Source: a virus (lineage: Duplodnaviria > Caudoviricetes). Taken from it: a stretch of 55,232 bases of DNA. A program made the position numbers and the translations under genes. The stretch covers positions 1 through 55,232 of the IMG/VR virus record IMGVR_UViG_3300020045_002265; one strand, 5' to 3'. The notes beneath the pieces are model-generated. The model was not told where the DNA came from, searched no databases, and saw nothing but the letters and a program-made list of their open reading frames with translations. Each line of letters opens with the position of its first letter. The first letter of the stretch is position 1. This document shows, in pieces, positions 1-9,565 of the stretch.

Positions 1-249
1 AAACGTCTTTTCCGAGTAATTTATGAGTGCCAACGGTTCGAGTTCGTTTCCCCTATCAGTCCACTTGTTTGAAAAGTCCTCTGGTGATTCGCCTGTAATC
101 CGCTCAAAGACAACCTTATGAATGATGTCTTGATACCCCTGTGTAGTTTTACCCATAAAGAGTTTTGGAAATATGGATGCTGTAAACTTTCCCATCCTTA
201 ATTTTTTCCACTCATCCGTTCCCTGTTCGATGTCGGAATGAATTATCAT
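1..249 (-). CDS. YqaJ/lambda-exonuclease family protein, N-terminal part (runs off the window edge)
   Basis: Manual translation from ATG at 249: MIIHSDIEQGTDEWKKLRMGKFTASIF...RG NELEPLA. The QGTxEWxxxRxGxxTAS and RGxELEP motifs are typical of lambda-exo/YqaJ. Not in the ORF track. Confidence 0.7.
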   Translation of the reverse strand, partial: MIIHSDIEQGTDEWKKLRMGKFTASIFPKLFMGKTTQGYQDIIHKVVFERITGESPEDFSNKWTDRGNELEPLALINYSEKTF

Positions 250-321
250 AGTGTTATTCCAATTTGTGATGCTATATCTTTTGCAAAGTCTATTGTAAAT
301 TCAATCTCTCTCATAACTCAA

Positions 322-597
322 TTATTTAGACCAACCGCCTGAAATAGCAGTTCTATCTCCAGTTGTACCAACCGCAGTTAATTTCACGTACGGGTAAACG
401 TCTTGATTTACATACCAAGTAGCTACTAAACCAGCTGTGATTGTAATAACATTTAAGGTAGCTCCTGAATGTGAAGCTAGTGGACTTGCCACCCCTAAAG
501 TTCCTCCTACAAAATTCAACAATTGGTAGTTTGTTCCATCTAACGAACCGTAAAGTCCAATTGTTCCATCACTTGTTCCGCTTGTTTGAGTACACAA
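322..597 (-). CDS. hypothetical beta-rich protein, probably 5'-truncated
   Basis: ORF with protein-like composition (GSLDGTNY, YPYVKL). TTG start with no clear RBS and an in-frame stop at 613-615. Confidence 0.4.
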   Translation of the reverse strand: MCTQTSGTSDGTIGLYGSLDGTNYQLLNFVGGTLGVASPLASHSGATLNVITITAGLVATWYVNQDVYPYVKLTAVGTTGDRTAISGGWSK

Positions 598-822
598 TAC
601 TTGGCATACACTTTAATCTCTGGCACTTCCTCTGCAAGCTCAAGTAAAGATGGGCATAACTCTTTCCCCTCATCACCAGCCACAGTTATTTGTGGTGGGT
701 ATATTAAACCGGAAGACATATTAACTGAACCAGCTGAAATTGCAGATGTATATGATGCAATCGCTGTCATTAATAGCTTCCTAGAGCAAGCTAAAGAGAG
801 AGGACATTTGGAAATAGTATGA
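586..822 (+). CDS. hypothetical phage protein (only the C-terminal half looks genuine)
   Basis: GGYIKPEDIL...HLEIV is protein-like and its stop overlaps the next ATG (ATGA). The Ser-rich N-terminus looks spurious. Confidence 0.4.
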   Translation: MSTQYLAYTLISGTSSASSSKDGHNSFPSSPATVICGGYIKPEDILTEPAEIADVYDAIAVINSFLEQAKERGHLEIV

Positions 823-1037
823 GAGGAACCAAAGCTAAAGTATTAAGATCATTTGCTACGGCAATTGCTAGAGATGATGGACTCCCATTGGTCGCATATA
901 GATTGGAACATGAGAAAACTAAATTCTACCAAAACCCAATGATGAAGGAACCAATTGAATATAAAACAGCAACAGTTGTTTTGGGTGAGTCGCGTAGAGC
1001 AATCTACAAAAGACTTAAACGGAGTGCAAAAGTATGA
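819..1037 (+). CDS. hypothetical basic protein
   Basis: ATGA overlaps with both neighbours. Confidence 0.7.
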   Translation: MRGTKAKVLRSFATAIARDDGLPLVAYRLEHEKTKFYQNPMMKEPIEYKTATVVLGESRRAIYKRLKRSAKV

Positions 1038-1321
1038 CCAGTATAAGTTTAGAAGAATTGCCAGAGTTGTTGGCACTAATACCCACTTTCAAACCAATCG
1101 TCAAGCAAGCTTTAGATGGCTTAGCTGAATATGATGAAGAAGTGGAACGTATGCGAGAGTATGCAATCAACTCTATTGTGAAAACCAAAGCAGGAATTTA
1201 TAGAGGGTTAATTGCAGAAGGTATCCCAGCTGATCATGCTCTGGCATTAACCGTGAAGAGTTTACAAGAATACTCAAATTCAGTAACAAATGTAATTAAT
1301 AAAACAAAAGGAAAGAAATAA
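1034..1321 (+). CDS. hypothetical protein
   Basis: GGAG RBS; translationally coupled to neighbours. Confidence 0.75.
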   Translation: MTSISLEELPELLALIPTFKPIVKQALDGLAEYDEEVERMREYAINSIVKTKAGIYRGLIAEGIPADHALALTVKSLQEYSNSVTNVINKTKGKK

Positions 1322-2289
1322 TGGCGTACAAACCAAGTAATGCAAACAGTAACAAATCAAATGGAACTCCCGGTGTAGCACTAAATGGAGTTGCTTATAA
1401 ATATCCTAAACTGGATGAGAGTGGGAGTTATTCAGCTCGTATCAGTTTGATTGTGGATATTGGTACACAAGAACGTGCTGACTTTGAAGATCCAATCACT
1501 AAAGAATTGACTGTTCGTAAACCAGTACAACAATTAGTAGTCTTTGCTGATTTGGTTGATGAAGTGGTAGATTACGGTGGTGATATTGGTGAGAAGCAAT
1601 ATCGCCTGATGTTGAATAAAAACTTCAAGGGTGATATTACAGGTATTGATTTCAATGCTGTAGCTCCTCGTGATGCTGATGGTAAAATTATTAGTGGTAA
1701 GCTTTATACTTTCCACCCAACTAATTTAATGACCAAGCTCGCTAAGGCTACTGGCAATGATCACATCCTTGGTGTGAATGATGAAAGTAATATGGATATC
1801 TCAGCATTGTTGGGTGCAGCATTCCAAGCTGATATTGATGTTAAGAAAACTGAGTCAGAGAAGAAAGATGCTGAGGGTAATGCAATTGTTTATACCAACA
1901 TTAATTTCAAACAAGCATCTAAGGTGCCTAAGAAATTAGTGGTAGATGATTTACAAGTTGAGCCTCTGATTCTTAACCACAACAATGTTACTGCTGAGAA
2001 TGTTAAATTCATCCGTGGTAAAGTTGTTGAGATGATGAAGAAAGCTCCAGAGTATGAAGGCAGTGCTTTGCAAAAGTTATTGGCTGAAGCTAATGATAGT
2101 GCAGCAGATGATAAATCTGATGATGCTCCAGCTGCTGAAGCTAAAGAGCCTGCTAAGAAAGCTCCAACAACAGTGAAGCCTAAAGCAACTCCTAAAGCTG
2201 AGAAGAAAGCTGAAGCTGCTCCGGTTGATAATGGAGTAGATATTGAAGAAGAGATGCCTGACTTTGATGGTCTTGAAGAACCCTTCTGA
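1321..2289 (+). CDS. putative ssDNA-binding/annealing protein
   Basis: 322 aa with an Ala/Lys/Pro linker and acidic C-terminal tail ending DFDGLEEPF; replication-module location; followed by a terminator. Confidence 0.55.
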   Translation: MAYKPSNANSNKSNGTPGVALNGVAYKYPKLDESGSYSARISLIVDIGTQERADFEDPITKELTVRKPVQQLVVFADLVDEVVDYGGDIGEKQYRLMLNKNFKGDITGIDFNAVAPRDADGKIISGKLYTFHPTNLMTKLAKATGNDHILGVNDESNMDISALLGAAFQADIDVKKTESEKKDAEGNAIVYTNINFKQASKVPKKLVVDDLQVEPLILNHNNVTAENVKFIRGKVVEMMKKAPEYEGSALQKLLAEANDSAADDKSDDAPAAEAKEPAKKAPTTVKPKATPKAEKKAEAAPVDNGVDIEEEMPDFDGLEEPF

Positions 2290-2308
2290 TCTGAGTGGTA
2301 ATTTAATC

Positions 2309-2328
2309 GGGGCTTCGGCCCCCATTTT
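2309..2328 (+). terminator. rho-independent terminator
   Basis: GGGGC-TTCG-GCCCC hairpin followed by CATTTT. Confidence 0.7.
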
Positions 2329-2343
2329 AATTTAAGGTAGTTA

Positions 2344-2934
2344 ATGACTAAATTTTATAATTCTAGAACTAGATACCCAACCAGAATTAATAATGAGAAA
2401 CTTAAAGCTTGTCAGTTGTGGGAAAATTTAAGGTGTAGAGTTGAATCCGAAAAATTCCATGCAGGTGCCCCCACATACAAAGGTGTTGAAGTTTGTGAAG
2501 AGTGGTTGGATTACCAAAACTTTGCAAGTTGGTTTGAGGGTCAAGTTGAAGCTGGCAGGTATCATGAAGGGTGGCAACTTGATAAGGACATTCTGAGTGG
2601 AGATAAGAAAATCTACTCACCAGAGACTTGTGTTTTTATTCCGAAAGATTTGAACTGTGTTCTTTTGGATAATAAATCTAGGAAAGGTAAGTATGCCACT
2701 GGAGTTATTAAATTTAGAAAAGGGTATCTTGCCAAAATACGTAAAAATGTAAAAACCACACAGAAACAATTTCCCACCGAGCAAGAAGCTTTTGCTTACT
2801 ACAAAAAGCATAAAGAGGTTTATGTAAAAGAGCTTGTGAATAGCTATAAAGGTTTGGTGGATGACAGAGTTTATGATTATTTTATGAATTGGAAAGTAGA
2901 AGATGAGTTTGAAAATAGAGAGGTTGGTCTTTGA
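2344..2934 (+). CDS. putative homing endonuclease (HNH-like, WQLDKDIL family)
   Basis: CEEWLDYQNFASWF...WQLDKDIL...YSPETCVFIP..LN; paralog of 28691-29284. Confidence 0.7.
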   Translation: MTKFYNSRTRYPTRINNEKLKACQLWENLRCRVESEKFHAGAPTYKGVEVCEEWLDYQNFASWFEGQVEAGRYHEGWQLDKDILSGDKKIYSPETCVFIPKDLNCVLLDNKSRKGKYATGVIKFRKGYLAKIRKNVKTTQKQFPTEQEAFAYYKKHKEVYVKELVNSYKGLVDDRVYDYFMNWKVEDEFENREVGL

Positions 2935-4037
2935 GCAGTTATAAACCAAATACAAATACACCACCGGTTAAAGAAGCAAAATATGAATGTTGCTATGTAG
3001 ATTTTGATACTGTCTTATATCGAGCTGCAAGTAGTGTTCAACAAAATTTTATCAATGTTACATACAAACCCACAGGTAAAGTTAAAAGGTTTGATGGTGT
3101 ATCTAAGTTTTATGGGCTAGGAAAGAAAATCGGTGGCTGGCTAGGTGAGCGTAATGTAGAAAGAGAAGCTAAAGGTTTAGCTCCTTGGGGACTTGAAGAG
3201 TTTGAGATTGAAGAGGCAGCAGAGCTAAAAGAAGTTCCACCCGACTATGAAAATATTATTGATTGGGCAATGTCCCAGATAGATATCAAAGTTGGGGATA
3301 TTAAACGTTACTCTGAAGCTGCTACTTATGTTTTAGGTATCGGTGGGAAATCTAACTTTAGATACGATGCAGCGCATATCCTAGCTTATAAAGGCAAGCG
3401 TAAAGCTAAACCAATATTGTTTGAAGAGTTGAGGGAAGCCTTCATCGATAAATACAAATCTAAGGTCATGATTGCTCGTGACGGTATGGAGATGGACGAT
3501 GAGGTTAGTTGCAAGGGTTGGGAAAGCTATAGGGAGTTTTTAAAGACCGGTAAACACAAATATGTTATTGCTTACTTGGATAAAGATCTTAACATGATCC
3601 CATGCCCAAGCTTCAATTATGATAAATGTGAAGAAGGAATTACCACACCAACTATTGAAGATTGTGCCAGAGCTTTTACTTCTCAACTGATTAGTGGTGA
3701 TCTAGCGACTGATAATATCCAAGGCTTGCCGAATATCACAGAAGGGTTCGCCAAGAAGCACGGATTACCCAAGCCAAGAGGTATTGGTAAAGCTACAGCA
3801 CTGAAACTGCTTGAGGATTGCAACACACCTAAAGAAATGTATACGAGAGTTGTTGAAGCATACCAAGATTACTATGGACTTGAACCATTTAAATTTACTT
3901 CACACAGAGGAGTTGAGTCCGAAAGAACTTGGTTGGATATGCTGAGAGAGAATGCTTTGTTATTGCACATGATGCGTAAACCTGATGAACGATTTGATAT
4001 TGCAGAAACATTAAAACGTATGGGGATTGTGGGATGA
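2931..4037 (+). CDS. 5'-3' exonuclease (T7 gp6/flap-endonuclease-like)
   Basis: DFD..Y, NFR..., YKGKR, EMDD, DKDL, GD..TDNIQGLP and GIGKATA motifs. Confidence 0.85.
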   Translation: MSSYKPNTNTPPVKEAKYECCYVDFDTVLYRAASSVQQNFINVTYKPTGKVKRFDGVSKFYGLGKKIGGWLGERNVEREAKGLAPWGLEEFEIEEAAELKEVPPDYENIIDWAMSQIDIKVGDIKRYSEAATYVLGIGGKSNFRYDAAHILAYKGKRKAKPILFEELREAFIDKYKSKVMIARDGMEMDDEVSCKGWESYREFLKTGKHKYVIAYLDKDLNMIPCPSFNYDKCEEGITTPTIEDCARAFTSQLISGDLATDNIQGLPNITEGFAKKHGLPKPRGIGKATALKLLEDCNTPKEMYTRVVEAYQDYYGLEPFKFTSHRGVESERTWLDMLRENALLLHMMRKPDERFDIAETLKRMGIVG

Positions 4038-4267
4038 CCAATGAAGAATTCTATGAAGCACTGAATGATGAAACATGGAATCCATTTCAACATTTAACAA
4101 AATATGAATATGTTCTTAATCTGAAAACTTTTATTCGATTCACCAGTCATCCATACATCTACGATGCTTATAAGTATTTTTTGAGAGCTGATGGTGGATC
4201 AAGGTTGAAAGAATTTGTATTACACGGGATAACTTTTAAATTGGAAGAAAACAGAAATGACAATTGA
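4034..4267 (+). CDS. hypothetical protein
   Basis: Coupled ORF within the operon. Confidence 0.65.
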   Translation: MTNEEFYEALNDETWNPFQHLTKYEYVLNLKTFIRFTSHPYIYDAYKYFLRADGGSRLKEFVLHGITFKLEENRNDN

Positions 4268-5138
4268 ATTACTAAGACCACAATTAGCAGCCAGTGATGT
4301 CCCAGATATTTACACTCAGGTGAGCTATCCAAAGATCATTCAGCCAAAGCTTGATGGTATTTGCTGCTTAGCTGTGAATGGTGTAGCCATGAGCCGTAAC
4401 ATGAAACCTATCCCTAATCGGTATGTTCAGAAAGTGTTTAAGGAATTAAACCTACATGGATTGCATGGTGAGCTCATGGTGAAGGGTGACTTCAATGATG
4501 TGCAATCAGCAATTATGCGTGAAGATGGTGAGCCTGAGTTTGAGTATGTTGTTTATGATCATTGGATGACTGGTGAGGTTGCTTATCACCTAAGACAAAG
4601 TTTATTGTCAACAGGGGTGGCGGTATTAAACAGTCAACATATTAAAATGGTGGATTACTGGTGGGTTTACTCTGCTAAAGATTGTGAAGATATTCTAAAC
4701 CAACTCATTGAATTTGGTTATGAAGGCGCAATGTTACGCGACCCTAACTCACTTTACAAACAAGGTCGTCATACATTGAAATCTCAAGCTCTGATGAAGC
4801 TTAAGAAATTCCTCGATGATGAAGCTGTCATTATTGGATTTGAAGAGAAGCTTACCAATACCAACGTTAAAGAGTTGGATGAACGTGGATACTCTAAACG
4901 TTCTAGTAAGAAAGAAGGGATGGTTCCAGCTGGCACATTGGGAGCATTGATTGTTCGATGGAAAGGTGTTGAATTTAATATTGGATCTGGATTTGATGAT
5001 GCTATGAGACAATACATCTGGGATAACCGTGAAAGATTACTCGGTAAGTTAGTGACATTCCGTTATCAAGAATTATCGAAGTATGGTGTTCCAAGATTTC
5101 CAACTTTCAAAGTTTTATGGGAGGGTGATAAGGTATGA
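4257..5138 (+). CDS. ATP-dependent DNA ligase
   Basis: KLDG adenylation motif, GEL, EGAMLR, MKLK, GSGFDD and PRFP. Confidence 0.95.
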   Translation: MTIELLRPQLAASDVPDIYTQVSYPKIIQPKLDGICCLAVNGVAMSRNMKPIPNRYVQKVFKELNLHGLHGELMVKGDFNDVQSAIMREDGEPEFEYVVYDHWMTGEVAYHLRQSLLSTGVAVLNSQHIKMVDYWWVYSAKDCEDILNQLIEFGYEGAMLRDPNSLYKQGRHTLKSQALMKLKKFLDDEAVIIGFEEKLTNTNVKELDERGYSKRSSKKEGMVPAGTLGALIVRWKGVEFNIGSGFDDAMRQYIWDNRERLLGKLVTFRYQELSKYGVPRFPTFKVLWEGDKV

Positions 5139-5239
5139 TGATTGCAGCAGTATTGATGACAACTGGATTGTTAATGGTAATTGGCTATTGGGTATTATTG
5201 CTAGTAAATGGAAAGCCTAAGGATAAGATTGATGAATGA
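5135..5239 (+). CDS. small membrane protein (34 aa)
   Basis: MMIAAVLMTTGLLMVIGYWVLLLVNGKPKDKIDE; GAGG RBS; ATGA overlaps at both ends. Confidence 0.6.
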   Translation: MMIAAVLMTTGLLMVIGYWVLLLVNGKPKDKIDE

Positions 5240-5964
5240 TTGGAGTTGTTAGCGAGATGACTTGCTATGTTTACTGGGTGAAATCTCCCGATATGGGTGA
5301 TTTATTCTCACAAGGTTATGTTGGTATCAGCTATTCACCAGAGATCCGGTTCAAACAACATAAAAGCAATGCCCTGACAAACTCACATCACCAGTACAAA
5401 GACGAGTTCAGGGAATCCTTGCTTAGTGGTAGTTGTGAATTAAAAATCTTAATCAGTTCAACTAGGGAATATTGCTTAGATTTAGAAAGAAAAATACGAC
5501 CCGAGCTTAGTGTAGGTTGGAACTCTGCAATTGGGGGAGATGGTGGCAATAGATTTAAACATGGCTTAACTGACAGTCGTTTAAGTAAAACCTACTACAA
5601 CCTAATAAACAGAGCTTTTGAAACTAATGAGGTGTTCTGGGATGGTTGGTTAGGGGAGGGGGGTCTTGTAGAGTTTTCTAAATTTTACAAGGAATTTGAA
5701 AGTGTTGAAGGGAATTTTACTCTGAGAGAGAAAGGTAAAGGGTACAACCCTGAAAATATTATCAAAATTAAAAGGTCGGAAATAATTAATAAAGCATACA
5801 GGAAATATGATATAGGCGATGGTGGATTTTACTCTGTAAATGAACTCGGTATTAAATTTAACTTAAAACCTAATACCATATCTAGCAGAATGAGAGACGG
5901 ATGGACTGTCAGACAAGCTGTCGGGCTAGACTACAGAAAACCTAAAAGGAGAAAATATGAGTGA
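5236..5964 (+). CDS. GIY-YIG family homing endonuclease
   Basis: YVYWV...YVGIS...RFKQH and GWN..IGG motifs; C-terminal HTH-like segment. Confidence 0.75.
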   Translation: MIGVVSEMTCYVYWVKSPDMGDLFSQGYVGISYSPEIRFKQHKSNALTNSHHQYKDEFRESLLSGSCELKILISSTREYCLDLERKIRPELSVGWNSAIGGDGGNRFKHGLTDSRLSKTYYNLINRAFETNEVFWDGWLGEGGLVEFSKFYKEFESVEGNFTLREKGKGYNPENIIKIKRSEIINKAYRKYDIGDGGFYSVNELGIKFNLKPNTISSRMRDGWTVRQAVGLDYRKPKRRKYE

Positions 5965-6538
5965 GCCTTGGAAAGTTGAAGGTGTATCTTTTAACACAGA
6001 AAGTAAATTCTGGAGTTTTGTTAGATCAGGACTTAGGAAAGTTTGGGCTAGGCATGAAGTTAAACTGCGTTTTATAGAGAAATTTAGAAAGAAAGTTCCC
6101 AATCCAAATCCTAATGGAAGGGTGGCTGAAGTATGGGGGATGACCTGTTGTAAATGTAATCACGATTTCCCTATGCCTGTGGATAAGAAGTTAAGAAAGA
6201 AAATTGAGGAGTTTAATGGTGTACCATTTAATTACATAGAGATCAATCATAAAACTGAAGCAGGGTCACTTAAAAGTAAAGATGATGTTGGGAGGTTTGC
6301 TTCTAACCTTCTTTATGTGACATTTGATGATTTAGAGCCTATGTGTAAAAAGTGTCATGATGTTTTAACTTATATGCAGAAAGAGGGTGTTGATGAAAGC
6401 ACAGCTAAGGCGACTAAAGAAGCAATTGAGATTATCAAGAGTAAGAAAGATAAAGAGTGGCTACTTGAGAAGGGGATTGACCCAGCAAGTAGTGGGCCTA
6501 AGCGCAGAGAGCAAATAATTGAGGTATTGAAAAGATGA
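5957..6538 (+). CDS. HNH-type endonuclease
   Basis: RSGLRKVW, CxxC, EINH and CKKCH motifs. Confidence 0.7.
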   Translation: MSEPWKVEGVSFNTESKFWSFVRSGLRKVWARHEVKLRFIEKFRKKVPNPNPNGRVAEVWGMTCCKCNHDFPMPVDKKLRKKIEEFNGVPFNYIEINHKTEAGSLKSKDDVGRFASNLLYVTFDDLEPMCKKCHDVLTYMQKEGVDESTAKATKEAIEIIKSKKDKEWLLEKGIDPASSGPKRREQIIEVLKR

Positions 6539-6831
6539 ATGTATTAAAAATAGAGACACTACTGACAATGGAGCAAAAGTTGTTAGATAGTTTGAAACCA
6601 CTAACCCTTGATAATTTTAATCCTGTTGATGGTTTCACAGAGAAAAATATAGCCAACTTTAATAAAAGCAAATTAGTAGAATTGATATCAGATTACATGA
6701 TGTCAGAGTTTATTGGCGATGGTAAGGATATGCCAGTAGAGCGATTCTTCAAATTTCAAAGTGAGTTGTTTAGAGCTATATCAACTTTAATAGATTCTTG
6801 TTCTGTGAGTAGTGGGAATGAAACTGAATAG
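6535..6831 (+). CDS. hypothetical protein
   Basis: GAGG RBS; coupled ORF. Confidence 0.65.
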   Translation: MNVLKIETLLTMEQKLLDSLKPLTLDNFNPVDGFTEKNIANFNKSKLVELISDYMMSEFIGDGKDMPVERFFKFQSELFRAISTLIDSCSVSSGNETE

Positions 6832-7201
6832 AACATTTATCATCAGGCATAAAGAAACTAAAGCTCAGTTCCACGCCATGAGCGGCAATACAAGTTGGAA
6901 AGCTGCTGGACATGCTAAGTTAGCTTTTGGAAATTCCATTCAAGGTGCTCGTTGGACTAATGCAACCTATATCCTTGGTAAATATGGCCTTAAACAATCA
7001 GACTTCAAATACAAAGGGGATGGCCTGTATGATTACCGATTTGATGGCCAAAGTGTCTATGAAATTGTAGAGCTGAAGCCTAAGTCTGAAGATCAGTTGA
7101 AGAAGGCTTTGCAGTTGTTACAAGAAGTTGTAGACAATGATCTCGACATCGATTTGTGTGAGAGAGTAATTAAATTCTTGGAAGAGGTAGAGATTGAATA
7201 A
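6812..7201 (+). CDS. hypothetical protein
   Basis: Coupled ORF within the operon. Confidence 0.7.
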   Translation: MGMKLNRTFIIRHKETKAQFHAMSGNTSWKAAGHAKLAFGNSIQGARWTNATYILGKYGLKQSDFKYKGDGLYDYRFDGQSVYEIVELKPKSEDQLKKALQLLQEVVDNDLDIDLCERVIKFLEEVEIE

Positions 7202-8174
7202 ATTAAAAAATGATGACAATTTATGTTTGCAACTTGTAGAGGCTGTTCATGTAGATAAACTTAGTATCCCAGCAGCAGCTAAGAAATTAGCAATTGCCCA
7301 AAGATCAGCTTATGAGTTCTTTGGCAAAGAGAAGAAGTGGATGATCGCTTGGTGGGATGAATATGAAAGTCTAACTAAGGATGTCAATAACCCTAAAGTT
7401 AAGATTCTTTTCTTCGACATTGAAACCAGCCCAATACTTGGGAATGTCTGGTCACTCTGGCAACAGAATGTTGGTCTTAATCAGATACAACAAGATTGGT
7501 ATGTCTTATCTTATGCTGCTAAGTGGCAACATGAAGATGAAGTGATCTATGAAGATAAAAGTGGATCATGGGATAGTGAAGATGACAGTGAATTGCTTAA
7601 AGGTATTTGGAAACTACTAGATGAAGCTGACATTGTAATTGGGCAGAACAGTAAACGATTTGATGAGAAGAAACTTAATGCTAGGTTCATTCTGAACGGT
7701 ATGAAACCTCCATCCAGTTATCGAAGTATTGATACTCTTGAGATAGCAAAGAGACATTTTGGATTCACTTCTAATAAATTGGAGTACATGAGCCATAAAC
7801 TTTGCAAAAAGTACAAGAAGCTCAATCATGGAAAGTTTGCAGGGTTTGAATTGTGGAAGCAATGCTTAGCCGGTAATCCTGAAGCTTGGGCTGAGATGGA
7901 AGACTATAACAAACATGATGTGTTGGCTCTTGAAGAGTTGTATGAAATATTGCGTCCTTGGTATAAGGCCCACCCCAACTTAAATGTTTATCATGGTGAG
8001 ACAAACAATTATTGTACATGTGGTGAAAGTGACTGGGTGCATAGTGGATACCATTACACCAACTTATCTAAGTTTGATAGGTTTCAGTGTAAAGCTTGTG
8101 GTGCTGAAGTAAGGGGTCGAGTGAACCTACTATCCAAGTACAAAAGAGAAAATTTAAATAGTAATATTATTTGA
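7194..8174 (+). CDS. RNase H-like/DnaQ-type 3'-5' exonuclease with C-terminal Zn ribbon
   Basis: FFDIETSP, QNSKRFD and YNKHDV (DEDD-type residues); C-terminal CxC...CxxC. Confidence 0.85.
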   Translation: MNKLKNDDNLCLQLVEAVHVDKLSIPAAAKKLAIAQRSAYEFFGKEKKWMIAWWDEYESLTKDVNNPKVKILFFDIETSPILGNVWSLWQQNVGLNQIQQDWYVLSYAAKWQHEDEVIYEDKSGSWDSEDDSELLKGIWKLLDEADIVIGQNSKRFDEKKLNARFILNGMKPPSSYRSIDTLEIAKRHFGFTSNKLEYMSHKLCKKYKKLNHGKFAGFELWKQCLAGNPEAWAEMEDYNKHDVLALEELYEILRPWYKAHPNLNVYHGETNNYCTCGESDWVHSGYHYTNLSKFDRFQCKACGAEVRGRVNLLSKYKRENLNSNII

Positions 8175-8183
8175 GGAAATAGA

Positions 8184-8903
8184 ATGGCAGATTTTAAGAA
8201 AGGCGATAAGTTAAAGATTAAAGATCTTGGTGATACTGATAGCTACTGGTATGAGTCTGGCGAGATTTATACTTTTGACCACTACCTGAGTGCTCGAAAA
8301 GGGGGTAGGGGTATAGTCACCGAAGAGTTGATCGCTGAAGGTTACATCAGTGACGATGTGTGGATTGGAGAAGATGATGTAGAACCATGCCAGAATGAGC
8401 TACAAGACGTTTTAGCTTCAGGGGATACCGAAGTACCAGATATCATAGGAAATGGCCCCAATGAACTTACAGAAGCCTTAAATGCAGTTGATGAGATGTT
8501 CAAAGAGTTAATGTTTGAAGTAGTGAAGAATAATGCAGCTGATGGGATAAATGCCATTGTTGACTATTGCCACAATGAGTCGGCAGTTAAAGGTTGGTGG
8601 ACAGCTAAAGATGGATCACACCTAAAAGACAATCCACTAACATTCTCCAATAAGCTTATGCTGATTGTATCAGAAATAGCTGAGGCTATGGAAGGTGACC
8701 GCAAGGATAGTATGGATGATCACTTACCACATCGTAAAATGGCTGAAGTGGAATTGGCAGATGCAGTAATTCGTATCTTCGATTTGGCTGGAGCTTATGA
8801 TTATGATTTAGGTGGGGCTGTAGTTGAGAAGATGAATTACAATAAAGTAAGGGCAGACCACACTAAAGAAGCTAGGAGTGAAGCTAATGGCAAACGTTAT
8901 TAA
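8184..8903 (+). CDS. MazG-like nucleotide pyrophosphohydrolase (C-terminal domain)
   Basis: LIVSEIAEAMEG.RK...EVELADAVIRIFD...KMNYN motif. Confidence 0.8.
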   Translation: MADFKKGDKLKIKDLGDTDSYWYESGEIYTFDHYLSARKGGRGIVTEELIAEGYISDDVWIGEDDVEPCQNELQDVLASGDTEVPDIIGNGPNELTEALNAVDEMFKELMFEVVKNNAADGINAIVDYCHNESAVKGWWTAKDGSHLKDNPLTFSNKLMLIVSEIAEAMEGDRKDSMDDHLPHRKMAEVELADAVIRIFDLAGAYDYDLGGAVVEKMNYNKVRADHTKEARSEANGKRY

Positions 8904-9411
8904 TAAACCAAAGTTACTGATTGTAGGACATGCTCGTTTTGGTAAAGACTCTGTAGCTCAGATATTGGCTGATGGTTGGGATTTTAAATTCCAGTCATCA
9001 TCCTTAGCAGCAGCTGAGATAGTTGTTTATCCAGAGCTTAAGAAAATTTATGGATATGAAACTTTAGAAGAATGTTTCAATGATAGAGTTAATCATAGAG
9101 CTGAATGGAAAGAGTTAATCACCGATTACAATAGTGAAGACAGAACTAAACTGGCCAGACAGATATTGGAAAACAATAATGTATACTGTGGTATGCGTTG
9201 CCATAAAGAGTTGGCTGCTTGTGTAGCTCAAGGACTATTTGATGCGATTGTCTGGGTAGATGCAAGTTATCGTAAAGAACCAGAACCACTATCAAGTAAT
9301 ACAATTACCAAACAGATGGCTGATTATGTAATTGACAATAATGGATCAATTCCTGATTTGATAAATGAAACATTTAAATTTATGAAGTGGTTTTATGCCC
9401 AAAACAGTTGA
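8887..9411 (+). CDS. deoxynucleoside monophosphate kinase-like P-loop protein
   Basis: GHARFGKD P-loop, GMR...E and DYVIDNNG. ATG at 8887 follows a GGAG RBS. Confidence 0.75.
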   Translation: MANVINKPKLLIVGHARFGKDSVAQILADGWDFKFQSSSLAAAEIVVYPELKKIYGYETLEECFNDRVNHRAEWKELITDYNSEDRTKLARQILENNNVYCGMRCHKELAACVAQGLFDAIVWVDASYRKEPEPLSSNTITKQMADYVIDNNGSIPDLINETFKFMKWFYAQNS

Positions 9412-9565
9412 GTTAGAAATATTAATTGTCGGTGATAAGGTTCAAGTGTTATTAGACAATGAATCAATAGTTGAAGGTGACTTATACTCTAAAAGTAATA
9501 GCGTCATAGGTCACTTGGCTAAATACAAATTTACAATTGACGTAATCGAAGGAGATAAAGGTTGA
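9395..9565 (+). CDS. hypothetical protein (56 aa)
   Basis: MPKTVELEILIVGD...GDKG fills the gap between the kinase and thyX and overlaps both. Confidence 0.55.
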   Translation: MPKTVELEILIVGDKVQVLLDNESIVEGDLYSKSNSVIGHLAKYKFTIDVIEGDKG

